A stretch of DNA of 64,000 nt from Candidatus Limnocylindrales bacterium (lineage in GTDB: Bacteria; Chloroflexota; Limnocylindria; Limnocylindrales; CSP1-4). The position numbers were made by a program, and so were the translations under genes. Of this stretch, positions 55,744-63,878 are shown piece by piece (the first letter of the stretch is position 1; each line of letters begins with the position of its first letter). The stretch covers positions 4,500 through 68,499 of the forward strand of contig JBEKCH010000006.1 in NCBI GenBank assembly GCA_050014975.1, given 5' to 3'. Below the pieces are notes generated by a model that saw only the letters and a program-made list of their open reading frames with translations, was not told the DNA's origin and did not search any database.

Positions 55744-57590
55744 CGCCAAGAGAAGAACCGCGCCACATGCGGCGCCATTCGGGGGAGGCGAATGGGTCCA
55801 ATGGCGGTTCCGCAGGCCCGATGTCGATCTCCGCGCGACTCAGGGCCGCTCGCGAGGCGCGCGGCATAGACCTGTACCGCGTGGAACGCGACACCAAGAT
55901 ACGCGTCAAGTTCCTTGCCGCCCTCGAGGAAGGACAGTACTCGGAGCTGCCGGCGGAAGTGTACGCGCGCGGCTTCCTGCGCAACTACGCCAGCTACCTC
56001 GGCCTGGATCCGGACGAGGCCTGGGAGGAGTGGCGGCGCGAGAGCGCGGCCCCGCGTCCGAGCGCGCCCGTCGTCGTTGATTCGGCCGAGGCCGCGCAGC
56101 CGGCGGTGCAGTTCCCGCCCCGGAGCGGCGGCCGCGCGCGGGCCAGGTCGTCGAGCGGGACGCCCTCGAGCGGGACGCCCCCGAGCGCTGATTCCGCACC
56201 CGAGGCCGCCGCCGGGGGGGCTTTCGCCCTTAAGCTGCCCGAGCTCAAGTTGCCGCAGCTGAAGCTGCCGGCCCTTCAGCGTGCGGCAAAGGTTCCGCCC
56301 GCGGAGCTGGCTCAGTCGCGCCCGCCCAAGCCGGAGCCGTCGATCCTGAAGTCTCCGCCTCCCAGGGCGCGGCTATCAAGTATCTCGGAGCGGCTGCCAT
56401 GGCGGCGCACCAAAGCGCCGAAGGAGTCACCGATCGGAGGGCCGCAGCCGATAGCAATGCCCAGGCGCGCTCTCCACGTCGGGCCGACCCACGTGGTGGT
56501 GCTCCTGCTGCTCGTCATCATCGCCGGCGTGGGGCTCTTCTTCGGCATGCAGGCGACGCTGGTCCTCCAGGACCCGACGCTGACGGTGACCTCTCCGGGG
56601 CAGGCCGTGATCACCGTTGCGAGCGGCACGACCAGCTACCCGCTGCAGGGCACGGCCACCAAGAGCGCCGAGATAAGCATCTCCTGGGACCAGCGTGACC
56701 CGATGCACACGCAGGCCAACGCGTCGGGCAACTGGAATTACAAGGCGGCGCTGCACAACGGCATCAACGAGTTCGACATCTACTCGACGGACCTTGACAC
56801 CGGCCACGACTCGGCCGTGGTTACGCGGCTCATCAATGTCGAGACGCCGACCGCATCGCCAGTCGCCCCATTTCTGGCGGTGGACTCGCCCACGAACGGC
56901 CAGTCGTTCGTCAGCGGCAGCATCACCGTCTACGGCACCACCGTGGCGATAACGTCGGTGACGGTCACGGCCACGTACGTCGGCACAGCGCCGCCCGCCC
57001 CCCCGAGCGGGAAGGCCACCAACGCCCCGACGCGGACCCCCGCGCCGACTCAACAGCCGACGATGATGCCCATGGCCACGTCCACGCCATTCGCGACGGC
57101 CAGCCCGACACCAAGTCGGGCAGCCACGCCGAACCCGTCGGCCGGCCCGACACCGATAACCGTCATCCCCGACATCAACGGCAGGTTCAGCACACCGCTG
57201 CGGCTCTATTCGGGGCGCTGGCTGCTGACCGTGGTCGGGACGAACAAGGATGGCGTGAGCACAACTCCGGTCCAGCTCACCGTCATCGTCACGGCCGGCT
57301 CCCTGGTCGTCGTTATAAACGTCAAGGGTGGTCCGGCGGACCTGAAGATATGGAAAGACGGAAAGATCCTGGCGGGGTACGACGGGCCGCCATACAAACG
57401 CGTCGCGTCCGGCTCCCAGATCAAGGTCGTGGCCAACCAGTCGGTCTGGATCTTCACGGGATCGCCCAACACGACATACGTGACGGTCAACGGAACCTCG
57501 TATGGACGACTGGGCACGGGCAGCACAAACAGCCCGGCAAGCTGGCGCATAACCGCGTACGGCCCGCCGGTGCCGTCCAACGACCGGTGA
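55740..57590 (+). CDS. rodZ: RodZ-like HTH membrane protein with an expanded extracytoplasmic region
   Basis: 616 aa. XRE-type HTH ISARLRAAREARGIDLYRVERDTKIRVKFLAALEEGQY, ARGFLRNYASYLGLD, Pro-rich linker, TM VVVLLLLVIIAGVGLFFGM. Three Ig-like beta modules. DUF4115-like end (IWKDGKILAGYDG...YVTVNGTSYG). Confidence 0.78.
   Translation: MTPREEPRHMRRHSGEANGSNGGSAGPMSISARLRAAREARGIDLYRVERDTKIRVKFLAALEEGQYSELPAEVYARGFLRNYASYLGLDPDEAWEEWRRESAAPRPSAPVVVDSAEAAQPAVQFPPRSGGRARARSSSGTPSSGTPPSADSAPEAAAGGAFALKLPELKLPQLKLPALQRAAKVPPAELAQSRPPKPEPSILKSPPPRARLSSISERLPWRRTKAPKESPIGGPQPIAMPRRALHVGPTHVVVLLLLVIIAGVGLFFGMQATLVLQDPTLTVTSPGQAVITVASGTTSYPLQGTATKSAEISISWDQRDPMHTQANASGNWNYKAALHNGINEFDIYSTDLDTGHDSAVVTRLINVETPTASPVAPFLAVDSPTNGQSFVSGSITVYGTTVAITSVTVTATYVGTAPPAPPSGKATNAPTRTPAPTQQPTMMPMATSTPFATASPTPSRAATPNPSAGPTPITVIPDINGRFSTPLRLYSGRWLLTVVGTNKDGVSTTPVQLTVIVTAGSLVVVINVKGGPADLKIWKDGKILAGYDGPPYKRVASGSQIKVVANQSVWIFTGSPNTTYVTVNGTSYGRLGTGSTNSPASWRITAYGPPVPSNDR
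56232..56276 (+). repeat. three 15-nt tandem units inside the rodZ-like gene
   Basis: AAGCTGCCCGAGCTC / AAGTTGCCGCAGCTG / AAGCTGCCGGCCCTT, encoding (KLPxL)x3 in the cytoplasmic linker. Confidence 0.85.
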
Positions 57591-57596
57591 CCTGCC

Positions 57597-58157
57597 GTGG
57601 CAGAGGAACCGCCGCGAATCCTCGCCGAGCGACTGCAGGACCTGTGTCTGCGACGGCACCTGACGGTAGCGTCCGCCGAGTCCTGCACGGGCGGCCTGGT
57701 GGCGAGCGTCATCACGGACGTCGGCGGCTCGAGCGGCTACTTCCGGGGCGGGGTGGTGGTGTACTCGAACGAGGCCAAGGCGAGCCTTCTGGGGGTGCCT
57801 GAGGCGCTCCTGGAGGCCCATGGAGCCGTCAGCGCCCAGGTCGCGCGGTCGATGGCCGTTGCGGCACGGGCGCGTCTCGCGGCCGACCTGGCTGTCTCCG
57901 TTACGGGAGTGGCTGGACCCGGCGGTGGAACTGCGGCCAAGCCGGTCGGCCTGAGCTACGTCGCCGTGGCGGACGCGGCCGGGGTCGAGGTGCGTCGGTT
58001 CGTCTGGGGCGGAGAGCGGCTGGCCAACAAAGAATCGAGCGTTCGCGCGGCGCTCGAGATGCTGATCGCCCATGTCGAGGGCCTGGGCGCGGTCGGGGCT
58101 AAGGAGGGGATTGACGAAGGCGGCTCTGAGCCGGACACAGGCGAAAGCGAAGCGTGA
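57597..58157 (+). CDS. pncC: CinA C-terminal domain protein (PncC-type nicotinamide-nucleotide amidohydrolase)
   Basis: 186 aa. LTVASAESCTGGLVASVITDVGGSSGYFRGGVVVYSNEAK, SVTGVAGPGGGTAAKPVGL. No MoCF-binding N-terminal domain. Confidence 0.88.
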   Translation: MAEEPPRILAERLQDLCLRRHLTVASAESCTGGLVASVITDVGGSSGYFRGGVVVYSNEAKASLLGVPEALLEAHGAVSAQVARSMAVAARARLAADLAVSVTGVAGPGGGTAAKPVGLSYVAVADAAGVEVRRFVWGGERLANKESSVRAALEMLIAHVEGLGAVGAKEGIDEGGSEPDTGESEA

Positions 58158-59695
58158 GCAGGGTGAGGGGAGCGGGCTCGGTCGGGATGGGCCTCTCGGC
58201 CGCTCGGGACGCCCGGCCGATCCGGGCCGGGGAGCGGATCCACGTGCTGGGCGCGGCCGGTGCCGGCGCGAGCGCGGCGGTGCTGCTGGCTCACTACGCC
58301 GGCGCCGCGGTCAGTGGCTGTGATCCGGGCGGGCACTCGCCCTACACGCCGCCGATGGAGACGCTCGGCATCTCTCTGGCGGGTGGCCACGATCCACGCC
58401 ACGTGACCGGCGTCCCGCCGCCCGACCGGCTGGCCGTTACGAAGGCCCTGACCGCGATCGACCCGAACAACGCGGAGCTGGAGGCGGCTCGCGCCGCCGG
58501 CATCCCCATCGAGCCGTGGCAGCAGGTCGTCGCCGATGCGGCATTCGGGCGCACGCTGGTGGGCGTAGCCGGGACACACGGCAAGAGCACCACCGCCGGC
58601 TGGCTGGTGCACGTGCTCGTGCAGGCGGGTCTCGACCCGGCGGCGTTCGTCGGGGCCCTGCTGCCGGGCTCGATCACCGGCGGTCTGCCGTCGACCGCTC
58701 GGCCGGGCAGGGGCCGTCCGTTCGTGGTCGAGGCCGACGAATACGCCGGCAACTTCGATCCGTTCCGGCCGGAGGTGGCGGTGCTGACGTCGGCGGAGTG
58801 GGACCACCCGGACGTCTTCGCCGACGGGGCCGCCGTGGTGGACTGTTTCGTGGCCTGGCTGGAGAGGGCCGCCGGCTCGGTGGCGGGGCCGATCCTGGTG
58901 GCGAACCTGGCCGACACGGGTGTCCGCGCTGTCGTGGATCGCTTGCGCGGCTGGTCGGGGCGGTTCGTCGCGACGTCACTCGTGCAGGCTGGTTCAACCG
59001 TAGGCGCGGCCCCGGCTCCGGCAGTCGGGGAAGGGGAGTGGCTGCTGGGGCGGATCGTTTCGGCGGACGCGGCTGGGACGGTGGTGGCGCTGGAGGGATC
59101 TTCGATCTCGAGGCCGGTGAAGACGAGGCTGCGGTTGGCGGGACGGCACAACGCGGCCAATGCCCTGGGCGTGGCCGGCGCGGCGCTGGCGCTGGGCGTA
59201 TCGCCGGACGGCGTGGCCTCTGGTCTGGCGAGCTTCGAGGGCGTGGGGCGGCGCCTTGAACGGAAAGGGGAGGGCAGAGGCGTCGTGGTCTACGACGACT
59301 ACGGCCATCACCCCACGGCGATCAGGGAGACTCTCGCGGCCATCCGCCAGAGAGAGCCCGGCAAGCGCATCTGGGCCGTCTACGAGCCCCTGACCTACCA
59401 CCGCACGGCCGCGATGCTCGAGCGGTTCGCCGAGGTGCTGGCGCAGGCGGATGGCGTGGCAATAGCCGACATCTGGGCCAGCCGCGATCCCGACACCACG
59501 ATCACCTCGGCGGCGGCACTGGCAGAGGCGGTGGCGCGGCGTAACCCGGACATCGTCGCGGCCGCCCCCGGCCCGGTCGAGGCCACCGCAGCCTGGCTGG
59601 CGGCGCAGGTCCGATCGGGGGATGCCGTGCTGGTCATGGGTGGCGGCAGGAGCTACCGGATCGCGGAACTGCTCGTCGAGGCACTCTCGAAGTAG
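58154..59695 (+). CDS. murC: Mur ligase, MurC/Mpl family (UDP-N-acetylmuramate--L-alanine ligase-like)
   Basis: 513 aa. IHVLGAAGAGASAAVLLA, VGVAGTHGKSTTAGWL, VVEADEYAGNF, GRHNAANALGVAGAAL, DDYGHHPTAI. MurC versus Mpl is not resolvable by eye. Confidence 0.82.
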   Translation: MSRVRGAGSVGMGLSAARDARPIRAGERIHVLGAAGAGASAAVLLAHYAGAAVSGCDPGGHSPYTPPMETLGISLAGGHDPRHVTGVPPPDRLAVTKALTAIDPNNAELEAARAAGIPIEPWQQVVADAAFGRTLVGVAGTHGKSTTAGWLVHVLVQAGLDPAAFVGALLPGSITGGLPSTARPGRGRPFVVEADEYAGNFDPFRPEVAVLTSAEWDHPDVFADGAAVVDCFVAWLERAAGSVAGPILVANLADTGVRAVVDRLRGWSGRFVATSLVQAGSTVGAAPAPAVGEGEWLLGRIVSADAAGTVVALEGSSISRPVKTRLRLAGRHNAANALGVAGAALALGVSPDGVASGLASFEGVGRRLERKGEGRGVVVYDDYGHHPTAIRETLAAIRQREPGKRIWAVYEPLTYHRTAAMLERFAEVLAQADGVAIADIWASRDPDTTITSAAALAEAVARRNPDIVAAAPGPVEATAAWLAAQVRSGDAVLVMGGGRSYRIAELLVEALSK

Positions 59696-59845
59696 CGGCC
59701 CGGGGAACGGCTTGCGCGCAAGCAAGGCTGCCTGGTGGTCCCGAGGAGTCGCGTTGGAGCCTCGGCGGCACGGCCAGCGGGGCGTTGCGGCGCGCGGGGA
59801 GTAACCTTGCCAGGCGGCGTCAAGCGCCGGGCAACGGCCGAACGG

Positions 59846-59877
59846 TGCGCAGCGAGCAGATTGCGCAGCGAGCAGAT
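59846..59877 (+). repeat. perfect 16-nt tandem duplication abutting the yajQ ribosome-binding site
   Basis: TGCGCAGCGAGCAGAT x2 (59846-59861, 59862-59877), followed by CAGGAGGTCGG-ATG. Confidence 0.9.
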
Positions 59878-59888
59878 CAGGAGGTCGG

Positions 59889-60380
59889 ATGGCAGGCGAG
59901 TCATCGTTCGACGTGGTCAGCGACTTCGATGACCAGGAGATGCGCAACGCCCTCGACCAGGTGAGGCGCGAGGTGCAGCAGCGCTACGACTTCAAGGGCT
60001 CAACCTTCGAGCTGACCCAGGCGAAGACGGAGCTCGCGCTCATCACCGACGACGAGTTTCGGGCGAAGGCCATCCGTGACCTGATCGAAAGCAAGGCCGT
60101 TCGTCGGGGTCTGTCGCTCAAGATCTTCGATTGGGGCAAGATCGAGCCTGCCGGCGGCGACAAGGTACGCCAGCACATCGGGCTCCGTCGCGGCCTCAAC
60201 GAGGATCTGGCCAGGAAGCTGAGCAAGCTCGTCCGCGACGAGTTCCCGAAAGTAAAGCCGCAGGTTCAGGGCGACGCCCTGCGCGTCTTCGGCAAGAACA
60301 AGGACGACCTTCAGCGGGTGATCGCTCGGCTGAGGGAGCTGGATGAACCGGTGCCACTGCAATTCACGAACTACCGATGA
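59889..60380 (+). CDS. yajQ: YajQ-family (UPF0234) nucleotide-binding protein
   Basis: 163 aa. SSFDVVSDFDDQEMRNALDQVRREVQQRYDFKGS, QVQGDALRVFGKNKDDLQ. Confidence 0.9.
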   Translation: MAGESSFDVVSDFDDQEMRNALDQVRREVQQRYDFKGSTFELTQAKTELALITDDEFRAKAIRDLIESKAVRRGLSLKIFDWGKIEPAGGDKVRQHIGLRRGLNEDLARKLSKLVRDEFPKVKPQVQGDALRVFGKNKDDLQRVIARLRELDEPVPLQFTNYR

Positions 60381-60426
60381 GACCCGCCCGGCTCAGTCCG
60401 GCGCGGCGATCTGAAGGAGAGCGGCA

Positions 60427-62355
60427 ATGTCAATGAATGAAGGCCAGAGCGCCGCCGTCACGGTCGGCGCGGCCCTGGCCGAAGTCCTTGCCCGAGCCGG
60501 CGTGAAGATCGCCTTCACCGTTCCAGGCGAGAGTTTCCTGGGACTGTTGGACGGCCTTGCTGCGAGCAAGATCAGGATCGTAGCCACTCGCCACGAGGGC
60601 GCCGCCGCGTTCATGGCCGAAGCGGTCGCTCAGCTGACCGGCCGCCCCACCCTGGTTCTGGCCGGGCGAGCGCCGGGCGCCACCAATCTCGCGATCGGCC
60701 TGCACGCCGCGCAATCGGACTCGGCGCCGGTGATCGCCGTCGTGGGCCAGGTCAGGCGCTCCGTCCGCGGGCTCGAAGCCTTCCAGGAGATGGAGCTGGT
60801 ACGAACCTTCGAACCGCTCGTCAAGTGGGCGGCCGAGGCGCGTGAGCCGGCGGACGTGCCGCTGTTCGCCGAGCGGGCGGTGGCGGCGGCGACAAAGGGC
60901 CGGCCCGGGCCGGCACTGCTCTCGGTGCCGGAAGATGTGCTGGACATGGAGCTGACCGGCGGGCATCAGCCTCGGGCTACCGGACCGGCCGAGCATGCGC
61001 CGGAGCCGGACCCGGCGCTGGTTCGGAAGGCTCTGCACCTCCTCCTGGACGCACGGCGGCCCTTGGTCCTCGCCGGGGCGGGGGTTCTGCGGGCGCGCAG
61101 CACGGACGCCCTCGTTCGATTTGCGAGCACGGCCCAGGTCCCGGTCGTCTCGTCCTGGCGACGGGGCGACGTCTTTCCCAACGACGATCCGCTCTACCTG
61201 GGCATGACGGGCTTCGGCTCGCCTGCCACGGTCAGGGCCAGGATCGAAGAGGCGGACGCGCTGCTGGTCCTGGGCTGCCGGCTGGGCGAGATCACGACGT
61301 ACGGATACTCGGTTCCGGGCCCCGAAACGCGCTGGGCGCAGGTCGACCTGGAGCCACGCGGCGCCGCGGCGGCGCATCGCGCGGAGATCGTCATGGCCGC
61401 CGACGTGGCCGCGTTCCTGCGCGTCGCACAGCGGCTGCTGGGGCACGCGGCGCTAGAGTCGGCGAGCTTCGAGACCAGGCGCCTTGCGAACGCCGCGGAT
61501 CGGGCCGCCTTCGAAGCGGCCTCCACCGTCGACGAGGAGCCGTGGGACGGTCCGGGCGTGCATCCCGGCCGCGTGGTGGCGACACTGGGACGAGTGCTGC
61601 CCCCCGAGGCAATCCTGGCGACCGACGCCGGCGACTTCGGGACGTGGTTGGCGCGAGGTTTTCGCTTCCGCCGGCCGGGCACCTTCCTGGGCCCCACTTC
61701 GGGCGCGATGGGTTACGGCCTGCCGGCCGCAATCGCGGCAGTGCTTGCCAGGCCGGGACGCCTGGGCATTGCGCTCGCGGGGGACGGGGGCTTCGCGATG
61801 ACGATGGCCGAGCTGGAGACCGCGGTTCGCGAGCGAGCGCACGTGATCGCGATCGTCTTCGACAACTGCCGCTACGGCACCATCTGGCGGCACCAGGTGG
61901 AGCGCGGCGGCCCCGGCGGTCTCGCCACGCACCTGGGCCCGGTGGACTTCGCGGCGATCGCCGAGGCGTGCGGAGCGCTGGGACTCAAGGTCGACTCCGA
62001 CGAGGATTTCGAGCCGGCGCTGCGCCAGGCCCTGGAGGCCGGACGCCCCGCCGTGCTGCACCTGGCCCTCGACGCGCGCTGGACCACTCCCGACGCGGGC
62101 AGGGTCAAGGTAGACCGCGAGGTGCAGGCATCCGGGCTCGGGGCCGACGTCGGTCCGAGCGAGGCATTGCCCGAGGTGGATTTCGCGGAGGCGTCCGCCG
62201 CGGTCGAGATGGCGCCGGAGGTCGAGGCCATCCCAGAGGTCCAGATAGCGCCGGAGGTCGAGACGGCGCCGGAGGTCGAGACGGCGCCGGAGGTCGACAC
62301 CGTGGTTGTCGCGGCCGAGGCTCTCACCGAGGATCCCCCGGCGACCGAACGCTAG
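60427..62355 (+). CDS. thiamine-diphosphate-dependent enzyme (acetolactate synthase large-subunit-like) with an acidic repeat tail
   Basis: 642 aa. Pyr domain TVPGESFLGLLDGL, RHEGAAAFMAEA, GATNLAIGLHAAQSDSAPVIAVVGQV, AFQE. PP domain LAGDGGFAMTMAELETAV...FDNCRYG. About 85-aa C-terminal tail with (A/I)PEV(E/Q/D)x repeats. No ilvN/ilvC neighbours. Confidence 0.85.
   Translation: MSMNEGQSAAVTVGAALAEVLARAGVKIAFTVPGESFLGLLDGLAASKIRIVATRHEGAAAFMAEAVAQLTGRPTLVLAGRAPGATNLAIGLHAAQSDSAPVIAVVGQVRRSVRGLEAFQEMELVRTFEPLVKWAAEAREPADVPLFAERAVAAATKGRPGPALLSVPEDVLDMELTGGHQPRATGPAEHAPEPDPALVRKALHLLLDARRPLVLAGAGVLRARSTDALVRFASTAQVPVVSSWRRGDVFPNDDPLYLGMTGFGSPATVRARIEEADALLVLGCRLGEITTYGYSVPGPETRWAQVDLEPRGAAAAHRAEIVMAADVAAFLRVAQRLLGHAALESASFETRRLANAADRAAFEAASTVDEEPWDGPGVHPGRVVATLGRVLPPEAILATDAGDFGTWLARGFRFRRPGTFLGPTSGAMGYGLPAAIAAVLARPGRLGIALAGDGGFAMTMAELETAVRERAHVIAIVFDNCRYGTIWRHQVERGGPGGLATHLGPVDFAAIAEACGALGLKVDSDEDFEPALRQALEAGRPAVLHLALDARWTTPDAGRVKVDREVQASGLGADVGPSEALPEVDFAEASAAVEMAPEVEAIPEVQIAPEVETAPEVETAPEVDTVVVAAEALTEDPPATER
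62212..62301 (+). repeat. five 18-nt tandem units at the 3' end of the ThDP-enzyme gene
   Basis: GCGCCGGAGGTCGAGACG-type units. Units 3 and 4 are identical; units 1, 2 and 5 are diverged. They encode APEVEA-IPEVQI-APEVET-APEVET-APEVDT. Confidence 0.9.
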
Positions 62356-62393
62356 CCGGACCTGGCCTCCGTTCGACGCCTACTCGACGCTTC

Positions 62394-63878
62394 TCAGGAT
62401 GAGGCGTGCGTCCTTCGCTGCTCCAGGACCTGGGCCGTGCGCCGCTCGTGGAGGCCCATCTCCAGGCCGACCGGGTATACGTGAGGATTCAGAAGCCTCC
62501 TGATCGCCGGATGGAGGGCCTCAACCTGGGACCGCGCCCGGGCGCGCACGTCATCGAGCGCGGGCGCGGGTGCAACGCGACGCCCGTTGCGGAGGGCGGG
62601 GAGGACCAGCTCTTCGGGCGTCCAGGCCGGATCGATCGTTCGCATGTGCAGCACGTCGGTGGGATCGACGATTTCCCCGCCCGTGTCCGCCGGCGGCATC
62701 GATTCGTCGTAGATCATGTCGGCGCGGAAGCGGCCACCCGAGTCGCGGAAGCGTCGCACGCCCAGGATCCCGGGCGTAGAGATCTTCGCCGTCTGTTCGG
62801 ACAGCTTGACGGGGAAACGCCATGAGCCGTCGAGCTCGCTAACGGCGGTCAGCTTGTATACGGCGCCCAAAGCGGGCTGGTCGAAGGCAGTGTCCAGCTT
62901 CGTCCCCACGCCCCAGATGTCTATGCGAGCGCCCTGCTCGCGCAGCGACTCGATGGTGTGCTCGTCCAGGTCATTTGAGGCGACGATCTTCGTCTCGGCG
63001 AAGCCGGCGTCATCGAGCAGGCGCCGGGCCTCGATCGAGAGGTAGGCCAGGTCGCCGGAGTCGAGGCGGATGGCGTCCAGAGTCCGACCGCGGGCACGCA
63101 GTCGCCGGCCCGTCTCGATTGCATGAGCCACGCCCGTGAGCGAGTCGTACGTATCCACGAGGAGCGTGATGTTGTCCGGCTGGGCGTCGGCGTAGGCATC
63201 GAAGGCCGTCTGCTCGTCGGCAAAGACCTGGACCCACGAGTGAGCATGCGTACCTCGCACCGGTATGCCGTGGAGACGTCCCGCCATCACGTTCGATGTG
63301 GCAAATACGCCGCCGATGTACGCGGCGCGCGCGGCCGAGAGGGCACCGTCGGGACCCTGGGCGCGTCGCAGCCCGAACTCCAGGATGGAGCCGCCGCCAG
63401 CGGCCTCCACGACGCGCGCCGCCTTGGTGGCCACGAGTGTCTGGAAGCCGATGACCGTGAGCAGCACGCTCTCCACGAGCTGGGCCTGGAGAAGCGGCCC
63501 GCTGACCCGCACCAGCGGCTCGTTGGCGAACACGACCGTGCCCTCGGCGATCGCGTCGACGTCGCAGGCAAAGCGAAACGAGGCCAGCAGGCGCAGGAAC
63601 TCGCGCCGGAAGAGCGGCTTGCCCGTGGCGCCGCACAGGCTGCGCAGGTAATCGATATCCGTCGTCTCGAATCGGAGCTGCTCCAGGATTTCCAGGGCAT
63701 CGTCCAGCCCGGCCGCAACCGCGTAGCCCCCTCCGAAGGGCAGGCCGCGGAAGCTCAGGGCGAAGACGGCGCGACGGTCGGCCAGCCCTGTCGCCAGGTA
63801 GCCGGAACCCATCGTCAGCTCGTAGAGATCGGTCAGGGTGGCAAAGCTGGGCCGATACAGTTCTCGGATCGCGGACAT
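62394..63878 (-). CDS. pncB: nicotinate phosphoribosyltransferase
   Basis: Start placed at ATG 63878 (MSAIRELY, GGGGAA SD); the ORF track extends to 63914. TLTDLYELTMGSGY, GLRRAQGPDGA, GTHAHSWVQVF, LLVDTYDS, IRLDSGDL. Confidence 0.92.
   Translation of the reverse strand: MSAIRELYRPSFATLTDLYELTMGSGYLATGLADRRAVFALSFRGLPFGGGYAVAAGLDDALEILEQLRFETTDIDYLRSLCGATGKPLFRREFLRLLASFRFACDVDAIAEGTVVFANEPLVRVSGPLLQAQLVESVLLTVIGFQTLVATKAARVVEAAGGGSILEFGLRRAQGPDGALSAARAAYIGGVFATSNVMAGRLHGIPVRGTHAHSWVQVFADEQTAFDAYADAQPDNITLLVDTYDSLTGVAHAIETGRRLRARGRTLDAIRLDSGDLAYLSIEARRLLDDAGFAETKIVASNDLDEHTIESLREQGARIDIWGVGTKLDTAFDQPALGAVYKLTAVSELDGSWRFPVKLSEQTAKISTPGILGVRRFRDSGGRFRADMIYDESMPPADTGGEIVDPTDVLHMRTIDPAWTPEELVLPALRNGRRVAPAPALDDVRARARSQVEALHPAIRRLLNPHVYPVGLEMGLHERRTAQVLEQRRTHASS

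Noticed and set aside
51674-58073. Three long minus-strand ORFs (51674..53239, 53869..55440, 56427..58073)
   Set aside because: Each mirrors a well-supported plus-strand gene (rnj, ftsK, rodZ/cinA) and is Arg/Gly/Asp/His-rich without motifs. Antisense artefacts.
60427-62355. Naming the ThDP enzyme ilvB (acetolactate synthase)
   Set aside because: The family motifs are generic to many ThDP enzymes. There is no ilvN/ilvC/ilvD context and the tail is unusual, so only the superfamily is called.
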